Assembly (NCBI GenBank): GCA_002633005.1
Contig: NMRA01000050.1
Span: forward strand, 929,820 to 993,819
DNA from: Phoronis australis
Taxonomy: Eukaryota; Animalia; Phoronida
Length of the DNA: 64,000 nucleotides
Reading direction: 5' to 3'
Notes under the pieces: model-generated
What the model was told of the DNA's origin: nothing
The model's input: the letters and a program-made list of their open reading frames with translations, nothing else
Database searches by the model: none
In this document: in pieces, positions 33,319-64,000 of the stretch
How the letters are laid out: each line of letters begins with the position of its first letter
Numbering within the stretch: position 1 is the stretch's first letter
Program-made: the position numbers and the translations under genes

Positions 33319-34599
33319 GATGGCAGTTTGGAGATTTAAAACACAGAACGTTTTCTTAGTTGAGTTGCAGCAGAGTCTAACCTGAAAATAACAATTCGAA
33401 GTTTCAATATTTACTTTACAAACAGCTGAACAGAGTCCACTACAGCAAATCACACGTTAGTAAAATTGTTTAAATTTTAACAAACCTTAATTGGCTTTTC
33501 CTCAATTGTATTGGCGACCTTATCACACAACAAAACAATCGGGTTCCTCCGATTTTGTGACATAAAATTCCGGTAAAGGAGAAAATAGGTGATCGTGGGG
33601 CCAGTATTTACACGAATTCAACAACCAGTTTCACCTTAACGAATACATCCGGACACGCACATACGAGCTCCGGATTAAGAGTAACTCCAAGTTCACTACC
33701 ATAGCCAGCCAGCTAGCTGAATGAAGACTGTTGTTCACTACCAGCTACCAGCACTACTAAACGTCTGAAACTCTGAAGCCTAACCTGCTGCTAGTGTCGC
33801 TAACGTCGAACTCCTAACGCTCTAGATTACACATCACCTGTCACTCGACTTTCTAAATACATCATCAGACGCCATGTTCGGATGTAATGTGTTCGCACAT
33901 GGAAACCAGCACCGCAATGAATCCAAACGTTATCAACACCACGAAAACACCCCTCACATGTTTCCAACAAAACAAAAATGTGGCCACAAGAGGGAGCTCT
34001 GTAAGCGTTCAACACCGCTACATCTGGCGGAGAAATTGTCATGCGTGAATCGTGGATTCTGACAAAATTCTTTCATTTGAAGTCGCATTTGATTTGCTTA
34101 TTGTCAATAGGCGGCTTAAGTGGCTTCAACGGTAATTGTTAATGTTACCCCAGGATCACGTCATCTGGCTCGAGTACTTTTACCCTTCTTGGCGGTGGCT
34201 CTCTCGGCCCGTAGGCGTAGACTCAGTCGTAATCGGACCAGTTGCCAAGAAGTGCATGAAGTGGCCTGAAGACCTGAAGTTGACTGAAGACAGTGTCGGT
34301 GTCACGTCACGGTATATAATTTTCGGTGACATGAGCTTCCCTGTTCAAAGAAGTTCCCTGAAGTACTCCTTTATTGAGATCAGTATTAAACACAGACACA
34401 GACACTCTCACTTAGACATAGACAGTGACGTGCTGAGACGAAAGAGCTCCTGAGCTTCATACCAGAAGCTTTTCGATGAATTATGACTCGCACTGACTAA
34501 CACATCAAAGTCACGTTGTTATAAATACCTTTTGCACAAAGATGGACACCTTAGGAGGTCGTCGATGTATTTAATTCCTTCCAANTTCCACGCGTGTTT

Positions 34600-34720
34600 C
34601 TCCCGAGAGGTTAGTACCTAACGTGCAGACGAGCGTTCCAAATTGGAACGCTAAGTCCCGCGTGGCAGCGCTGCACGCGAAACAAGATGGCGGACGACCT
34701 TTGGAGACTGACGACGAGAG
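34600..34720 (+). promoter_or_regulatory. Putative MAP3K20 promoter/first non-coding exon in a divergent promoter region shared with the TRIM-NHL gene
   Basis: CpG-rich, YY1-type AAGATGGCGG motif at 34684-34693, donor-like GAG|GTAATC at 34721. Confidence 0.45.
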
Positions 34721-34730
34721 GTAATCGGAC

Positions 34731-35307
34731 TATAGACAGTGACGTGCTGAGACGAAAGAGCTCCTGAGCTTCATACCAGAAGCTTTTCGATGAATTATGA
34801 CTCGCACTGACTAACACATCAAAGTCACGTTGTTATAAATACCTTTTGCACAAAGATGGACACCTTAGGAGGTCGTCGATGTATTTAATTCCTTCCAACT
34901 CAAACAAATATTCCCGTTATCAAACTTTTTCTTCGAGCAGTCCCTCATTCAGATCTCAAAACCGGTAACTCGCCATTTTCACACTGTGCACGCTAGAGGA
35001 TACATACGTCATGCCACCTGCCGGGCACAGTGTTAACAATGGCGAGTTACGGATTTTGGGAACTGAACGACTAGGGCTGTTTGAAGAAAAAGTTTGATAA
35101 CGGGAGTGTTTGAGTGGGAAGGAATTAAATGATGACCCCCTACGGTGTCCATCTATGCGTAAAAGGTATTTATAACAACTTGACTTTGATGATTTAGTCA
35201 GTGTGAGTCATTATTTGCCAAAAAGCTTGTGGCATATGAAGCACCTATGACTATGAAGTTACACCATCTCTACTGAACCAGCCAGAGACGGTGGTCACTG
35301 TCTATCT
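34731..35307. mobile_element. Foldback/palindromic MITE with ~250-bp imperfect inverted arms
   Basis: 34770-34975 mirrored by 35040-35240; ends ATAGACAGTGAC / GTCACTGTCTAT. Confidence 0.7.
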
Positions 35308-35862
35308 CACCAGCCGTTTGCCATAATGTACTATAGTATCATGTGAGCGGCTGGCTGAAGATTCCTGTGGACAAGCATAAACCCTCTAGAGACTGGTCAT
35401 CTGACACATTAGGAAAACATAGATACCAGCGTAGAAAGGGTTTAGTAAGCCTTAAGTGTTCCATGATGTGGAGATGTGCCAAGAGAGTGCAGGATCCAAA
35501 CAAAACCAATCTCATATAATAAGTAGTTCTTGATATTAGAAATTGTACAATGTGGTCAAGCAGGAGTATGAAAAAGACAATTCCTTTGATTGTATGTTCA
35601 AAAGGTAAATTTTCAACAATAAACTTTTAACCTGTACAGTAGTGAACACTCAGTTTGTGTGGTGATTATAGTATTGATACACTTTGAAGTAATACGCCCA
35701 GGTTGTATCTTGATTTAAATCAGCCCGTGAACTGATATTCAATATAAACGGTCCCCATCTTGACTGATTACTAAATGGCTGAGGACCAATACCTGTAATT
35801 GACAATTAGATTGATTACTAATTCACTGGCAGTGTGTTGTCTTCTTTATGCAAATTTTGCAG

Positions 35863-35965
35863 ATCAGCTGTGACTAAATAAGGCAAGACTTTGTCATAAA
35901 GAAAGGATGTTTATTAGCATGTGGCCAACCTGGGAACATTAAAAAAGACAAAGTTTGTGAGACAG
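35863..35965 (+). other. Candidate MAP3K20 5'UTR exon containing a short uORF (MFISMWPTWEH*)
   Basis: ttttgcag acceptor and CAG|GTAAGG donor; no transcript evidence available. Confidence 0.45.
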
Positions 35966-36956
35966 GTAAGGCTTTTTGGGTTTACTTATGATATTCAGTT
36001 TATCAATCAAAATTGTTGCTGGCTTCTGGGGATACCTCTCATGTAGCAAGATATCCAGAAGGATTTACCAATTCTACTGTAGCTTAGTTTGGTGGACCTA
36101 TTATGGTTATTCCTGAAAGATGATTCCAAGTGCTTCAATGGTAGAAATTTGCAATTAAATCACAAATACTTCAGTTATAACGAGGGTCTACAAACAAAGT
36201 TTGAGTTTAAGGGCTCTTTAAAATTGCAAGCAGACCACACAACTGTGTTTTAAACCAATTTTTACCACCGAAATTGCACAATACGTGCACCCTTCTCAAA
36301 ACAAAAATAATTTTGTCCCTGCTCTTGAAAACTTTCTTGACCACATACAGTGTATATCCTTCTGTAGGATGCAGTACACTTTGTGCAAAATCTGACCACT
36401 ATAATAACAATGCTTTTCAAGACCCTCTGCTTGTCCTTAATCAAGCATAATACTTTTTCAGTCTGAAGTAGTTTTGTGGATTGTTTAATGTGCCACGTGG
36501 ACATTATCCTAAGACCTTATCTCCATTACGCTGTTAGCCCTCAAAGCAGTTATAACTTTGAAAGCTAACTCTCGGTCTGATCACTGGTACTAAAACTTGT
36601 AACTGTAGCGGGATTGTAATCCTCTGTGAGTGTGAGGGTGATTAGCGAGTTGTAACTTGGTGGGAACATGGCAGCTTTAAAAATTTTAGCTGTAGGTGGC
36701 GCTGCTGTCAAATCTGTTTGCAAATAATTGCACGCTAACGCACTGGGGTGAATCATTAAGAACCAGCTTTAGCGTTGACGACTAAAACCACGACTTAGGG
36801 TTACGCCACTTTTAATTGTCAGTGTGAACAGTAATGATTACAAAACAGTTACACCCAGGTTTAGTTGGTCTGAACACAGCTTAAGATTGCAGGCTTGACT
36901 GTAATTGTGTACCGCTTATAAAAATTAAATTTTATTGCCTACTATAGATCATGTGA

Positions 36957-62846
<25,890 letters not shown>

Positions 62847-64000
62847 TCAAAACTGTGATAATTTATTTTATTTGTTTATGTTGTTGATCTGTCATGCAAG
62901 TTAGTTCAAATTATTATCCGAATTTTATTCTTAATTTTGATTTTGTGCATACTATGGTAAATGTTTGTGTCAGTAGTTGGCATTTGTCTGCTGTCAGGTG
63001 GTTAACAAATTGTCAAAAAAATCAGTGCATCTGTGTCGAAGTTCAATATGCAACAGTTACTCAGGGCTCAATTCTTGTTGAATTACATGTATTTGTAATT
63101 TCAATTTTATTTAAGTATTTTATTCTGTACTTTCACATGTCCAACAGTTCAAACTGTATATTTATGTACCCAGATATAGGTTACATATTTGGGGTGCATG
63201 TTGTGGTCATCTCTGTCTGGATGTCTGGTGTCCACTGTTACATTTCGTGAACTCCTGCAGGATCATAATGAGATTTGACAGATGTATTCCTATGAAGCTG
63301 ACGCTGGATGACGAGTTTTTATACAGTTAGCTCTGTATCTTTAGAGTTCCTTGACAAATTTTCATGATTATGAAATTCTGCAAATAGATTTCCATTAATA
63401 GGACGACTCTTTGTGGTGTTGAGTGGACTTGAGGAGTTCTGACTGCTGTGGCGCCTGCTGTGACAGTTTTGTATCTGCAGCTTTATCCCCTGATCCCCTT
63501 GTTCAATCTTAGTGGACTTTGACAAGTTTATTCCTATGAAGTGGAGAGAAGATGACCACTTCTTTTAGACGGGTCTGTTATGCTTTGGGCCTCCTTGCTG
63601 CAGTTTGATGTTTTATGTCTTACTTACTTTCCTTAATGATTTTCATGAAATTTGGAAATAGTTTAAAGGGATGGTGACACATTCATATTTTCTGTCGGTT
63701 CCGTGCATTGAGCACTATCTAGTGGTCATTTTCATAATTCTAATGCACCCTTAGTCTTGGGTGCATTTGAACGCTTTGGCTTGCTCTAGTTCTATACCAG
63801 GTGGTAAGTTGTGTGAAATACTGCTATCAGTGCTTGTCATTTATTCCATTTATTTGACTCCTTATCAGGAGGATTCTGCCCATGGTCATATCACTGTGTT
63901 GGGTCAGTGTAGTTATACACATAAGTGTTTATGGATGATCAACATGTAGATAATTGTGCTGATTAAGCTAAATACTGCATAGGTTATGTGGGACCTTCTC

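Noticed and set aside
30574-33385. Plus-strand ORFs (136, 78, 74, 79, 123 aa) overlapping the TRIM-NHL gene
   Set aside because: Antisense shadows of a real coding sequence with no recognisable motifs
33319-33453. N-terminal extension of the RING ORF (MICCSG...)
   Set aside because: Crosses a good splice acceptor at 33382-33383 and begins at a non-ATG codon; treated as intron/5'UTR

Overview
Eukaryotic (invertebrate metazoan, possibly lophotrochozoan; taxon not provable here) genomic scaffold with GT-AG spliced genes, two N gaps (9957-10033, 19293-20163) and two single Ns (26370, 34585). Genes: (1) last exon of a divergent ARF paralog (4438-4599, +); (2) complete class I ARF (ARF1-like, 182 aa, 4 coding exons, 6887-15822, +); (3) a two-coding-exon RING/B-box/coiled-coil/6xNHL TRIM-NHL gene (nhl-1/abba-like, 798 aa, 33318-30595, -); (4) head-to-head with it, a 17-coding-exon MAP3K20/ZAK-alpha ortholog (about 931 aa, 36963-62846, +) retaining kinase, leucine zipper, SAM, YEATS-like region and short C-terminal motifs resembling those used for ribosome sensing. 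Introns and intergenic DNA hold many non-autonomous or decayed DNA transposons whose TIRs and TSDs can be read directly: two inverted copies of a 4-kb TA-TSD element, a Helentron-type HINE, hAT-like MITEs with 6-bp TSDs, a 6.9-kb element with a 7-bp TSD containing a nested EnSpm/CMC-like element, a chain of Kolobok-like THAP elements sharing TTAA sites, an Academ-like fossil and a Harbinger-like MITE, plus many minisatellites. No CRISPR, rRNA or intact transposase ORF is seen. All assignments were made by eye without database searches.
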